From: Girardia tigrina
Lineage: Eukaryota
Direction: 5' to 3'
NCBI GenBank assembly: GCA_001938485.1
Contig: MQRK01216387.1
Span: 79,846-143,845, forward strand
DNA length: 64,000 nt
Shown: piece after piece, positions 1 through 12,889 of the stretch
Position numbering within the stretch: the first letter of the stretch is position 1
Layout of the letters: the number at the start of each line of letters is the position of its first letter
Made by a program: the position numbers and the translations under genes
Notes under the pieces: model-generated
Seen by the model: only the letters and a program-made list of their open reading frames with translations
The model's database searches: none
What the model was told of the DNA's origin: nothing

Positions 1-386
1 AATATTGTTATATAACATGAGTAACATATATATACTAAATTACAGAGATATATCTTAAATAATAGAAAAGATAGGGCTTTATTTAAAAAAGTGATAATTA
101 TATGACTCAGACTGTATATATACTTAATTGAGGATCACTGACCCCACTCTTGTGTGTTCACAGAGATGGTACCGTTATAATTGGCGGAGGTAGGGACCCC
201 CTTTTTATGTGTGATGGATCTCTCGTGTCATAACTCAGTATTCGTTGGCTTGATAATTGCTGCAGCGCCTAATCTGTCCTGACTACTGAGACGGACGAAC
301 AATTACAATAATAGGCCCCTCTAAAAGTACTGGCGTGAAATCTGATGAACCAGTGCTCCCCGCTCAATTCCCCAAGCAATCAGACG

Positions 387-417
<31 letters not shown>

Positions 418-899
418 ATATTTTTTTATTCTTTTACAGTTCTCACCAGAAGACCTTACATTACGCGGCCGCTCTAGTGAGTAGAAAAGAGGGTAATGCT
501 TGCTCTAAAATGTTATAATTAAAAATAAATTAAAAGTCGATTTAATGATAACGTTAATTTATCGTGAAGAGTATTTTGATTAAAAGTTCCAGAAGAAAAT
601 GTCATATATATGTCGCTCTTATTAAAAAAACACAACAAAATTCACATATTAAACAAGAAACTAAATTTATAGAATAAACATAAATCATTTGGAATTAATA
701 TTATTTTCCTGTTGTCTGAAACTTGCAATTTTTGGTTGTTTATTGTCTAACTACAGATTTTGTTTATCAAATAAAATTCCGCAAGACCTCACAAATAAAA
801 ACCGACTTCTATAAAAAATTTTCTTTCCACAAAATCAAGTATAAGCAACATATAACATTACTGACTGCCAAAGATTACAAATAAATATTCGAATTTATT

Positions 900-1260
900 G
901 CCGCTCGGTGTTTGTTTTTACACAAGTAATTTACATTATTAGAGTTAATGGCTGTGCCATCTCAATCAATTATTTTTTATTTTAGGGATCAGTTGGACAA
1001 CCGAAAAAGTTGCATAAAAGTTGAGTGAGAGCGGAAAATCGGTCAGAGAGGAAAACATTTTTTCTGATTTAGCAGTTGCCACTGGAAGAGTTAGGAAAAT
1101 TTGTAGAAGTTTCTTATTATTTTGCAAAAAGTCGATATCGCATTGAGGAAATGCTTCCAAAGCTATCAGTTGCTGGTCTTTGGGGAGGCACTTAAACAAA
1201 TTTTCCGAGTAAATGCGAAGCTCAGATTGCAATTGTCGTTTATCGACAGAGGATTAATAT
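900..1260 (-). mobile_element. hAT transposase C-terminal (hATC dimerisation) relic
   Basis: ORF 966-1232 contains LLQIFLTLPVATAKSEKMFSSL, matching the hATC motif L..LPVT.A..ER.FS.L; ends not identified. Confidence 0.7.
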
Positions 1261-1837
1261 AGTTGACCTAGCTCTTCGAAGTTGAAATCAGTAGCTTTAT
1301 GGAAGTGGAAAGAAAAGTTAGCTTTAAATATTGAAAATATCATCTCATTATTAACAACATCAATATGCAGTTTACAACATTTATTAATATCACAAGCGCA
1401 TTCACTATTTGACATCTCTCTTGATCACTATATTTCTGAGTTCAAACTAATTATTTTCAATAAATGAAAATCTGTTAATCAATTTATTAATTATAAAGAA
1501 TCTAATTGGTTGAAATTAAATCTAAACATTTTTTAAAAAAAGAACATATTAAATTAATATATTAAAATTTTAAATTACATTAAAAAATAAATAATACATT
1601 CAANNNNNNNNNNNNNNNNNNNNNNNNNNNNATTAAATTAAATTATTTTTAATTAGTAAGAATCAAAGAAAATATCAATCATCCATCTGTGCAGGAGAGG
1701 CACAATCCGAATCAACATACAACATGCACAATATCAACACACAATTCAAAAACATTCCTCAAACTCATGATCGCGACATCATTGTAGTAGACCTTGAATA
1801 GGTATAAACAATTAGGAAACGCATACTAATTGTTTAC

Positions 1838-1985
1838 CTTGCCAAGTTGTAGAAACGATAAACATCGTTGGTCCACGCGCCGACATAGATACTGCCACCG
1901 CTAAGCAGGATGTTACGAAGGTAACGATCGGAATTGTCTTCTTTAACCTTCCTGTAAACAGGACGCCGTGCGAATTCGCCGAACC
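1838..1985 (-). pseudogene. Possible exon, beta-propeller/Sema-like
   Basis: A minus frame reads YLRNILLSGGSIYVGAWTNDVYRFYNL, resembling the first Sema blade of plexin/MET (..I/VYVGA.N.VY.L). It is followed by GTAAAC..TTCAAG, a 45-nt intron-like segment. No intact upstream ORF. Confidence 0.25.
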
Positions 1986-2304
1986 GACATTTTTATGTAA
2001 ACAGGACGCTTCGAATTCCCTGTAGGGTATAAATACCCGAACCGGCTCGAGAGCACAGTATGATCTGTCCATATTATTTACACCATATTATCTGCACACA
2101 CTTATTATTTTTTTTGTTATAAAGCACCACCTTATTATCAAAGCGACGACAATTATTATTTGTTACCATCTATAACTCTCTGATAATTCTACATTTTATT
2201 ATTCCTACATTATTTCGAAATTGTCATTTTATTTGGAACGAAGTTATAATCATCTATAGAGTAAATTTTGTTTTATGTTTTAAAAGTCGTTTTGTTAATT
2301 AATA

Positions 2305-2760
2305 CTAGCGCACTCGGCCCGCTTCGCGGCCCTCTCTTGCCGGGGGTTCAATTTTTTTATATTATAAAAGCCCAAGTCACTCACTGCCTGCCTCACTAAC
2401 GCTGTAAGGTAAATTTTTGAAATGATTTTATAATCAATAAAGAAATGATTGTATATTAATAAATAAATATATTAATATACAATCATTTCTTTATTGATTA
2501 TAAAATCATTTCAAAAATTTCACAGCTTGTAAAAACGAATAACAAATCTATAAAATTTATTTTTCAACAATTAATAATTTTAAATAAATAATTATCTATT
2601 ATTGCCAATTGAAACAATAACTGTAATATTTAAAAAATGTCTAGATTCTAATAAAACACTCACTACAGTGAATAATCAATAAAATCTATTCTTAGTAACT
2701 ACGTCATATTACGTCAGCGTTAGTGAAGCAGTGAGTGACTTGGGCTTTTATAATATATAT
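2305..2760 (-). mobile_element. Non-autonomous Helitron-like element
   Basis: Minus-strand 3' end is a GC hairpin GGCCGCGAAGCGGGCC followed by CTAG|T (2305-2331). The other end reads ATATTATAAAAGCCCAAGTCACTCACT, typical of Helitron 5' ends. Confidence 0.6.
2411..2520. repeat. Perfect inverted repeat, 50-bp arms, 10-nt spacer
   Basis: 2411-2460 is the exact reverse complement of 2471-2520. Confidence 0.95.
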
Positions 2761-3549
2761 ATTTTATGATTGATTACTTTTATTTTACATTACTTTCTTA
2801 GATTATAATGAATTGTGTTAAATTTATTGCTTATTTGAACTCATTTGTTTTAATTTTATTGACGTTAATAATTGGTGAGATGTTGGTGATAGGACACTCC
2901 CTCTTAGTAGTGGAAGGGACTAGAAAGAATGACAGTGAGATTATTGAGATTATTTTCGATGTAGTAAAGGTTGTGAGCTCAGCAAGGTCGAAAGGGCGGG
3001 TAGTTGAGTGAATCGAAAGGGTTGCATGTAAATAGTTGTACATAGAAATTAGTGTAGTATGGCGAATTGTTTGATGCTATTGAGAGTACCAAACGGTTGT
3101 ATGAGTGAGGTATAGTTATCCGAGTGGGCAATAAACGCATGTACATAGATAATCGATAATTAAATGAAGAAAAGCCAAGAAGAGGCAGTTTTGGGAGAGA
3201 GAGTCATTATTGGGAGGGAATACGATTATTGAATGTGATAGGTGGAGATATGGTAACAGTATGTCGATGGGTTAGCCTTAATGACATTTTGAAATAGTTA
3301 CAACTTTAATCGTGAATTACGAATAAAGTTCCTGTTTTATAAATTCAAAAAAAAGATCAAGATTACTGAAAATTTTCGTTAGTTGAAAAATAAATGGTAA
3401 TAATAAAATTGATAATACCGAACATGATCAAGGTCTGCCAAATCTTACTTTCTATTAAATAACCAAACAGAATTATTTTTATATCTTTCTATGATAATAT
3501 GATTAGAACACCAACATTGCAATGATAAATAATATTGGTAAAAATACTA

Positions 3550-5000
3550 TTAATAATAATAATTTTTATATGTATTGTTCGCATTGCCTCTTAAATAAAT
3601 CTTGAATATGATCCTATTAAATGTGAAAAAGTGGATTAAAGCATTTATCTAGCAGAGTTATAATGATGAGTTATCTGAAAGTTTCTATTCTGCAAAGAGT
3701 TTATAGATTTTGTTTAATTTAAAATTTTAACAAAATAAAGAAGTTCGAATGTAATTAAATAAATATAAAAAAAAGAAAAAGTCGTGATTAATTGAAATTT
3801 GTATATTTGGTTTGGTGGCAACGATATTTGCCTTGAACACAGCGAGTGTGTAGATTACTGGCGGAATAATTCTGTTGATCAATTAATGCCAAACTAGTAA
3901 ATTTTTGACAAAATTTCATGTAATATTCAAATATATAGTAGTTCTTAAATAAATTTTTTAATAACTTTTGGATAATAATTAAAATATTTTATTAATATTA
4001 ATATTATAAAACCGTTATTCGATGGTGGCTACGGTTCGACTGCGGATGGCAGTAAATTTAGACAACATCTATTCTTAATAATATGGTAAACGATACTTGA
4101 GTGTAAATAATGGCGATTTCAACGATAAAATTGAGACGACAAATATGCTCTAAAATAATAGTGACTTGTAATAATGTGGAACTATAGTAATGTCTTGGTA
4201 TCTCCATATAAATATGTAATAAATATGGTTATATCCAGAGAGCAATATAAAACGATTTACCCCGGAGTATGAACGATGGTGTTAGTTATTGCAGAAACTT
4301 AACTTGGTCTCTGAATCTTGAAAGACTTTGAGACGTCTTAGTCGTTATTCTCCATTTGGATGATATACTTCTACAAGCGTGTGATAATACATGCGATTTA
4401 ATCTAGTTGTTTATCTCACCGTCGTCTTCCATGAATCGTATAAACCGATTCGTCAATTTCAAAAAGATTAATTCCCTTGAATAAGGTAAAAGTTAAAGTC
4501 ATTGTGTTATCCCTGTGTCTATTTCGAGTCTGTTGCTAGACAAAGGGATTTTAGCGAGCAAGGCCTTCGTTATCCATGATAGTTCGGTTAGTTAAAGATG
4601 AGTTCGAAATATATCATGAGGTAGATGAACTCGAGAATTAGTTACCAGTCGAGCACTAGGTCGTAGCATAAATTAGAAAGTTAAAATCAATATCATCAAC
4701 AAACCGAAAGTTGACGCAGAATGAATAAAATCTTCGTCCAAACAAAGATATTCAAAATGCATAAACAAAACTATAAATTGTGAATAAAAGTCATTTGTAA
4801 GTAAAACGTATCCGAACTATAAAATCACATTTAAAACTAGTATGTGAGTAGCAGAATATCGCAAGATAAAATACATCTTAAAGATTATGCTGATCGAATT
4901 TAACCTAATGACAAGGGTGTTCGAGTATTGTTGAACATCACAAGTCATCTAATATGAGTTTCAAGAGGTCAAAGGACTCATTGGGAGTGACGTGGAATGC
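3550..5000 (-). mobile_element. Highly decayed Penelope-like retroelement (RT region)
   Basis: Minus-strand remnants FRFVDDI (~4690-4710), LFMHFE (~4750-4770) and DFNF (~4490) in the order expected for a PLE RT; many stops and frameshifts. Confidence 0.5.
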
Positions 5001-6005
5001 TCGTAGCATGCAAGGGGCACGCGGGCAGGTTGGCGTTTATTTCCATGAGGTTCTCTTTGCCTTACTTAAAGAACGTAATGAGAATTTGAACTTAACTATA
5101 AAATAATCATCCCATCTAGAAGCTCAGCCACCAGTTGGGTCATCCTCGTTACTGGTTAAGAACCCGAAGGCGCTCTAATGTTTGCACAACTCGTTGATGC
5201 AGGCAAAGGAGTCGCGTCTGTTCCCCATTGAGATGTAATTGGCTTAGTTTGACAGAGTTGCCGTTGAACTCTAATGGAAAACGGATGGGGGCTCAGAGTC
5301 ATTGTTAATGTTGTTTTGAAGGGGAGCACGACACATGGAAAAAATGAACAGAGAGTGTATAAAAAGTTAAAATATTGATGGATAATATGCGATAGGTCAT
5401 ACAGTAGAGATCTTTGTAGTTACCTACTTAATCAGCAATATATTCATGTAGTGATTCAAAATTATAATCTATATTTATAAATATTAAATATATATTAAAA
5501 TCTGATATTTTTTATTTATAATCAGAATATTATTCGAGAAACCCCCTATAAAGTTAAAGTAATTCTTGAGAAACAGATCTCCGAAGAATCTTCCTAAGAA
5601 TTTGTTGCGAAACTTGCGCGTAAAAAAATATTTTCACAATTGAAATAAAATTGAAGATTTTCTGTGTTGTGTTTCCCAACATTCGTCGTTATAAACATTT
5701 TTCTGAAATACGATCAATATCTGCAATGTATTAAAAATAAAAAATCAAAACGGTGATGTTTATTCTTATGGTACAAATCGAATTTTACATTAAAATATTC
5801 GGTACCATTTTTATTTTGTAAATGATTTAATTTTTTGTTAAAAACACTTTCTTATGGTGTAAATGTTGAAAAAAAATGGTTTGTTGTTTGAATGCAATAA
5901 AACATTGTAAAAAGGCAGTTAATTTTAAAACGATAAATAAATAATTTCCACAATCGAAAGTGTTTTTTTTTTCTTTATTTGTCATTCATCAACTATTAAT
6001 CGAAA

Positions 6006-7007
6006 ATGCCCGTTTCGGATGATTGTGTCGAAATCACGCAACAAATCGACAAATCTGTCGATAGTTCCGGTCTGCCTCGTCCAGCCAGTGTTCTCACCAA
6101 TCGACTTCAATTCATCAAAAAGAAAATTCTTCCGCAACTANNNNNNNNNNNNNNNNNNNNNNNNNNNNNCCATCCGGTCGATCATACGGCGCTCAATATC
6201 CCAGATTATCCGAAAATCGTGCATTATCCAATGGATTTTACCACCATAAAAAATCGATTGATCAAGAAATTCTATTACAACGCCGACGAGTGCATCACCG
6301 AAGTGAGACTCGAGTTCCAGAATCGCTTCATCTTCAATCCTCCAGAAATCGATCTGATCAGCATGACTCTGACGCTCGAGAACATCTTCAACTCGAAACT
6401 CGAAAAATTACCGTCCCAAGAAAACGACATCTCCTGCGGCACCAGCAAAACCAACAGCGCCAAGAAAGACACGAAATCCAGCAGTATCAACAACGATTCG
6501 TCCTCGGAGCCGCCACCAGTGTGCGACATAAAGAAATCACTCCGGCCGACCACTAAGCGCATCAAATCGACCTCGAATTACAACGAAGCGACATCGACCC
6601 ATGCGAGCAATTGTTCGATTTCTCCGTACGCGAAATCCAAATCGAAAAAACGGAAAGTCGAATCGTGTTACGATTTATCGTTCGAGCCCCCAGAACACGT
6701 CAGACGGTCAATAGAGGCGATATTACCGGTCGATTGCGTCGCCATGATGATCGAGCGCGCGTGGAACAAGAACGACGCCAACCGCAACTGGGAGGACAGT
6801 CTGTGTCCCAAGTCCGACGCGATCGAAGAGACTTTTAAAATTCATATTTATTTTAAAATTAAATATAGTTTTTTTATTTCATTTTATATATATTTTATTA
6901 TTGTTGGCATATTTATATATCTATCAGTGTTGTCGTCAAGTCACTATTTTCTCGACTCGAGTCGCCATAAATATTTTACGAGTCACGAGTATAGTCGAGT
7001 CACCTGA
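6006..7007 (+). CDS. BET-family (BRD2/3/4, fs(1)h-like) bromodomain-1 protein, single intronless ORF with one gap; true 3' end uncertain (~6838)
   Basis: LTNRLQFIKK..HPVD..LNIPDYPKIVHYPMDFTTIKNRL..FYYNADECI..FQNRFIFNPP..LENIF follows the BET BD1 consensus. GC-richer coding composition stops abruptly at ~6835. Confidence 0.8.
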   Translation: MPVSDDCVEITQQIDKSVDSSGLPRPASVLTNRLQFIKKKILPQLXXXXXXXXXXHPVDHTALNIPDYPKIVHYPMDFTTIKNRLIKKFYYNADECITEVRLEFQNRFIFNPPEIDLISMTLTLENIFNSKLEKLPSQENDISCGTSKTNSAKKDTKSSSINNDSSSEPPPVCDIKKSLRPTTKRIKSTSNYNEATSTHASNCSISPYAKSKSKKRKVESCYDLSFEPPEHVRRSIEAILPVDCVAMMIERAWNKNDANRNWEDSLCPKSDAIEETFKIHIYFKIKYSFFISFYIYFIIVGIFIYLSVLSSSHYFLDSSRHKYFTSHEYSRVT

Positions 7008-7380
7008 CAAATTTTTACGAGTCGAGTCTCTGAAACGTTTTACGAGTAAAGTCACTTTTAATATTTTATATTTCATGAGTAGAGACACTAAATATTTTAC
7101 GAGTCATGAGGCTTGTCACCTGACTTATTTTACGATTCCAGTTACCTTACATATTTTACTAGTAAAGGGTCGAGTAAAGTCACTCTTAATATTTTAGATT
7201 TCACGAGTAGAGACACAACATATTTTGCAAGTCGAGTCACCTTTAATATTTTATGAGTCAAGTCGCTAAAATTTTTAACGAGTCACGAGTCGAGTAAAGT
7301 CACTCTTAATATTTTACATTTCATGAGTAGAGACAATAAATATTTTACGCGTCAAATCATTAAATATTTTATGAAGTATG
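6925..7380. repeat. Degenerate minisatellite of ~20-25-bp units (ATATTTTACGAGTC/GAGTCAC)
   Basis: Repeated ATATTTTAC-GAGT(C/A)-GAGTCAC motifs with higher-order repeats (AGTAAAGTCACT..TAATATTTTA..TTTCATGAGTAGAGACA three times). Confidence 0.8.
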
Positions 7381-9109
7381 ATTGTACAGTTCATTATAAT
7401 TATTAATTAGTTAATAGAAATTTATAAATTTTTAAAACCAATTATAAATCACAACATAAATGCGATGTGATGCATATCTGTAGTCATTAAAATGTAAAAT
7501 ACACATTATAATACACATTGTAATTTTCTTTGTATTTTGAAATTTTAGGATGATTTATTTAATAATCGCTTAAAGGTAAATTCTGTACAGTAATTCCTAA
7601 ATCCTAATAATTTGTTTTATTTATGAAATGGATCTCTTTTAAAAAAAATTGGTAAATAATTAATTAACAATAAATAATTATCTTTATTAACATTATCATT
7701 TTCGTTTTACAATTTTCTTTCAAATAATGATATCATCACTTTTTCTTTGACCCTCAGAGATAGTCCAACAAACGAAACCCAATTATTGAAATCCAGTTTC
7801 AATGGCAGTGTGATTTTAAATCCACGGAAAAAGATAGCTGTAAAAATTCAATCGGATTTATTTGTGTCGCTTCCTTTCTCTTTCAATATCTCAGTTTCCA
7901 ATCGAACAATCATTCCAGTTCAAATTCAATCAATCTTCTCAATAATAACATAATTATTTTATTTTGTTATTCTTCTTCTCGAACAATTTCCCTCCAATCT
8001 TTATCTTACTATTACTCTTCGTTTTTTCTTCCATTATAAATTTGTTGATAATTATAATTATTTTATTTAAAAAATAATTAATTTTTTTTATTTATAGTAA
8101 TTATCTAGAGGCCATTTCGGTTACATAATTTATTTCGTCATCTAGACTGCTTTATAATAATAATAAAGTATAGATTTCTATTTGTATTACCAAACTGTTA
8201 CTTAAAACATCTGAGCAATCATATTATATCGACACCGTTTTAGATTTCAGGTCTATATTATTGCCATTAAAAGGAAAGTAAAAAGGAGATTTTTCATTCA
8301 ATCACTCCTCTAACATCAAAAACAGTTCGCGACAGATTGATATAAGCTTATAGCTAGTATCGTCAATCTCCGGATTTGATCATGAAAACCTCCGGAAATC
8401 CCATCAACTAAAACTTTGATGAAGTTGATCATAACAAGAAATTTCAAAAACAAATATAATCAGAATCTTTTCATCTGGGTATTATTTATTTTCTGGTTTT
8501 TCTCTCAATGATTATTGTGGTTTTAAGTATTACCAAAACGACTCCTCAGCGAAACGAATTGAGTTCAGTGAATCGTTTTCAAAAGCTCTTATTCGTAAAC
8601 AGCGACAATGAGCAAATGGCTAATTGACGCAATATGTTGATTTAAATGATGTCTTTTTCGACTGAGTGATGTTCCTTCTTAAATTTGGTGTCTCAAAACG
8701 ATATTTCATTTGTAGCAATTTGATAAATTGTCGTTAAATATTTGATGAATCGTCATGAATGAAGCGTTTTATAGATTTCGATACATGTTTGATTATTTTC
8801 GATTATTTTTGATACAAGTTGAAGAGTATATTCACGTAAAGATTTGTTTCGAAAATCATTATTAATATTTCGGTTAAGAAATAAAAAACAGTTTCCTTTC
8901 ACTGAACCTATAAATGATTTTTAATCGATTGGTTAAAGACACTCGTTTCAAAATGTATATTTATTTATTTTTATTTAACACTTCACATAAATTATATAAA
9001 ATAGCACCTTTTAATCTAATATAATTCTTTCCCATTTTTATGTTGAGTATTTATTTCCATTTTCTAAATTATTAGATTTTCCAGATTAATTTGTAGGCAT
9101 GTAATATAC

Positions 9110-9537
9110 AAGATAATGACGAAATGAAGGTCACTGTGGAGTCGAATCAATCACAATTTGTAAATCGAATTATCACTGGTAATAAAAAGCTGATCCAATG
9201 TGATAATGTCCAAAGTTCAGCAATCTGAGTGGACAAAAATGTAGTACCAAAACACAGTCTAGCTCTCAGCTTTCATCAAAAGAAGTTGAAAGTGAGTTTT
9301 TGGGACTTCAGCATCATTCTCTATACTCATTAGACCTAGTCTCAACTGACTACCACCTTTTCCTCAATTTGAACATTTTTTTGATAGGCAAAATTTAAAT
9401 TTCAAGATTTCATTAAGATGACCTTCAAAGAAGTTTTTAGATTCTCTCCAACCAAATTTTTATTTAAATGACCTCAACAAGCTGCCACACAAATGGCAAA
9501 TGCGTGTCGATAATATGGGTACATACTTGGATGAATA
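9110..9537 (+). mobile_element. mariner transposase C-terminal relic
   Basis: HSLYSLDLVSTDYHLF (YSPDLAPSDYHLF motif) and KLPHKWQMRVDNMGTYLDE*. Confidence 0.8.
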
Positions 9538-9645
9538 ATCAATAACATTTGACTTTTGTTCTACAAACACTTCGACTTAGTTAAAAGGCGATAACAGTTT
9601 CATAATTTAAAAAACTCAAATTTTGATATCGAGAAAAAAAAATAG

Positions 9646-11471
9646 GGAAAATCTCATACTATTGGCGAAGAACTAATTATACCTGCTATAAGTGAAGTAA
9701 TACGTACTGTGCTACACAAGCCAGCATCTGATATTATCAAGAAAATTTCCTTGAGCAATAATACAGTGCAAAGAAGAATTGATGAAATGGCTCAAGATGT
9801 TGAAGATTCATTGTGTGTGGATATTTAAAAACATCTCGGTTTTCTATTCAACTTGATGAGTCAACTTTGCCAGGAAATGAAGCTTTACTTTTAGCATACG
9901 TACGGTTCACAAAGGAGGAACAAATTTGCCAAGAATTATTATTTGTAAAACTTTTGCAAACTGATACTAAAGGAGAATCAATATTTCATGCATTGCATGA
10001 GTTTTTTAAAGAAAAAGAAATACCTCTGAGTAATATCTTATCAGTAGCTACAGATGGTGCTCCAGCGATGGTAGGGCGCTACAGAGGTTTTCTTGCATAT
10101 TTAAAAAAGGAGGTGCCGAATGCACTCACAATTCACTGTATCATTCATCGTCAACATCTAGTTGCCAAAAATTTAAGTTCCCGCCTACATAATTCATTAC
10201 AATATGTAATTAAAGCTATCAACACCATCAGAAGCAAATCATTGAATGACAGATTATTTAAACAGCTTTGCATTGAAAACGATGAAGAATATAATCGTTT
10301 GCTGCTTTATACAGAAATTCGTTGGTTGTCAAGGGGTGCCTGTTTAGATAGGTTTTATAAACTGTTTAACTCAGTGCTGGAGTTCTTGAAAGATAAAAAT
10401 GATGCTTTGCGATCCAATTTAATTCATTCCAAAAATGACATCGCTTACTTGACATACTTGTTTCAAAAATTTAATGAAAGCAATCTTCAGCTACAAGGTG
10501 ATGCTGTGAATTTAATAAAAACAAAATCTGTTATTTCTGCATTTCTGACAAAACTTCTTCTGTACAAACGAAACTTTGGACGAGGGAAATTCAGCCAGTT
10601 CCCAAATTTATCAGGAACAGAAAATAAAGATAAAGACATACTTTCTTATTGTGAGGACTTGGATGCTTTCCATTCAGATTTTATTCAGCGATTTGATGAT
10701 ATTTTGAATATGAACATACATGATTGGATTTTGAATCCTTTTTCAAGTACAAACACAGAAGAATCTCCACAGTTACAAATAGAACTGATAGAAGTAACTA
10801 CAAATGATGAATTGAAATTTAAATTCAAAAGCGGCTACCAACAATTCTGGCTGCAAAAGGAGATTTGTACTGCTTATCCTGAAATATGGGCTGTAATTCA
10901 AAAGTTTTTAATTGTATTTCCTTCATTATATTTAGTGGAACGTGGATTCAGTGCGGTAACCAATTTATTAACAAAAAAAGAAACCAATTACAAATAGTCA
11001 ATCACGGTGATTTAAGATTACTGCTGACAAAAATAGAGCCGATGATTACTAAATTGGTAGCAGCACACCAGGTTCACCCTTCTCATTAAAAGGATTTCGA
11101 ATGTTTTAACTTTTTTGTATTACATTCTATTCTGAGTTCAATAAATGGTTTCATATAATATTGTTGTTTTTTTTTCTATAAAATAAACCATTTAATTAAC
11201 ATTATTTTGTTTTTTTATGTCAGTCGCAGTGACACATTGCTAGAGTAATAGTTCATACAATTCTCGAGAAAAAATAAGAGCGAGCCCTTTCTTAAAAATA
11301 TCATAGCTCATCACTGCTGATCCCGATCTACTTTCTCTAAGTTGATTCAAAAAATTTTTTATTAATTTCTAATTTATTTAATTAATTTTCCTCGAAATTA
11401 ATTTTCAGGGGGGCTAAGTAATATTTTTTCTGGAAAGGGGGCGGTAGGCCAAAAAAGTTTCGGAACCTCTG
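9646..11471 (+). mobile_element. 5'-truncated hAT Buster/Charlie-type transposon (ZBED5/SCAND3-like transposase, two frameshifts)
   Basis: GKSHTIGEELIIPA, FSIQLDEST, ATDGAPAMVG, HCIIHRQHL, EIRWLSRG, YLVERGFS, AHQVHPSH* (stop 11087-89). Frameshifts near 9813 and 10978. Right TIR ...GTTTCGGAACCTCTG ends at 11471 and is followed by TACTAGAC, the nnnTAnnn Buster target pattern. Confidence 0.92.
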
Positions 11472-11966
11472 TACTAGACGTATGATCGTCATTGTATAAA
11501 TATGTATATTAAAAATAATTATTTTATTATAATAATAATTATAATTAATCTAAACTTTAAGTTTAAATATAAATTTTAATTTTAATCAATAATAATTCAT
11601 TATTAAAAATTAATTAATTACTACAAACTCGAGTCGAGCAAAAAAACAGTTCAGATGAATCTAATTCCCAATCTGCCTCTAGCAACCCTGAAAGTCAAAT
11701 AAATTCAACAGAACTTTTAACATTATCATCAAGTTATGAGTGAAAAATTCCGAATGGTTGCGAATTCAGAGCCGCAAAACAATATAAATATCAATGTTTT
11801 ATTGAACACAATTTACCTCACGGCGAGTACTCTTACTGGGATTACAGATTATTGTTTCCGGAGGTATCACAAAAGAAAGACTCGTTCTATATACATCAAA
11901 ATAAATTTGAATATTTCGATAGACATTTTTATTGATGAAGAAGTTTCTTCAATCAAGTGTTATTAC

Positions 11967-12889
11967 CAGGGCCCCAGAAAATCCATAAAGTCAACTTTAT
12001 GAAAACCGAAATTGTTCAAGATACATGTTTATTTCATCCTTTTTATAAAATATAGCCAGGAAAAAAATTTTTAAGGTCAATAAAAGTCACTTTTTTGTAT
12101 TGTGTCTATAAAGTCAACTATTTAATTTAAGTCTATAAAATCACTTATTAAATAAATGAACAATTTATTTAAGATTTAAAATAAATTAGGAAATTATAAT
12201 AAATTTTTAAAAAAGTGGTTTAATAATAAATAAATTTAATTACAATAAATATTTGTTTCAATATTAACATCTCATTCTGATTTTTAATTTACAAAAATCT
12301 AATTTTAAAAGCAGCCTTTTCTCATTTATCCTCAATCTACATTGACATCTCAAGTTCAACCATTTATTTATGTTGCTAAAAATGATTTTGCGTGTAATGT
12401 AACGGACGCCTTTCTCTCTACTGATATCTCATTATGGAAAATAAAACACCCAGATCTTAGGCATTTGTTCTCAAGTATTGGTTATTATCTGTCTTCTGAA
12501 GACAGGTTCTGAAATTTTCCCAATGCAACACAATGCTACAATAATGCCAACCATCAACAACTTATGTCGAAAGAAGTTTTTCGATGCCGAAGAAGACTCT
12601 TGTAAAGGACAGGAATTTCAAAAACGAAAATATTAAGCAATTTATCATTCTTTATTATAGTAAATCTGATGAGCAATGATAATTAATAAATTTTTTTTCA
12701 GTTGATTTTTTGAATTTTTTAAGATTGGTTTCATAATTCAACAATACTGACCTTAGTATGATTGTTTAAAAATTAAAGGAAAAAAATAAAAAGTAATTTT
12801 TTTCAAGTAAATATATTGCTTTTTAGAATGCAATTTTTAAATTTGATAGGTCAATTTTTCAAGATTTAGGTTAATAATCTGGGGTCCTG
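11967..12889 (+). mobile_element. Non-autonomous hAT element (CGGBP1-like transposase relic)
   Basis: TIRs CAGGGCCCCAGA / TCTGGGGTCCTG; perfect 8-bp TSD GTTATTAC (11959-66, 12890-97); internal DAFLSTDISLWKIKHPDLR and YVERSFS. Confidence 0.88.

Noticed and set aside
465-477. GCGGCCGCTCTAG, resembling a vector polylinker
   Set aside because: Match is only 13 nt and does not continue
1860-1925. Actin-like NILLSGGS motif
   Set aside because: Flanking residues do not follow actin
6925-7380. CRISPR-like array
   Set aside because: Units are degenerate with no unique constant-length spacers, no cas genes, eukaryotic context
8520-8910. Repeated in-frame TGA codons here and elsewhere suggesting a TGA=Trp genetic code
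   Set aside because: The same frame also has TAA, Trp is normally TGG in intact ORFs, a PLE ORF ends in TGA, and decayed elements show TGG>TAG as well; ordinary decay explains it
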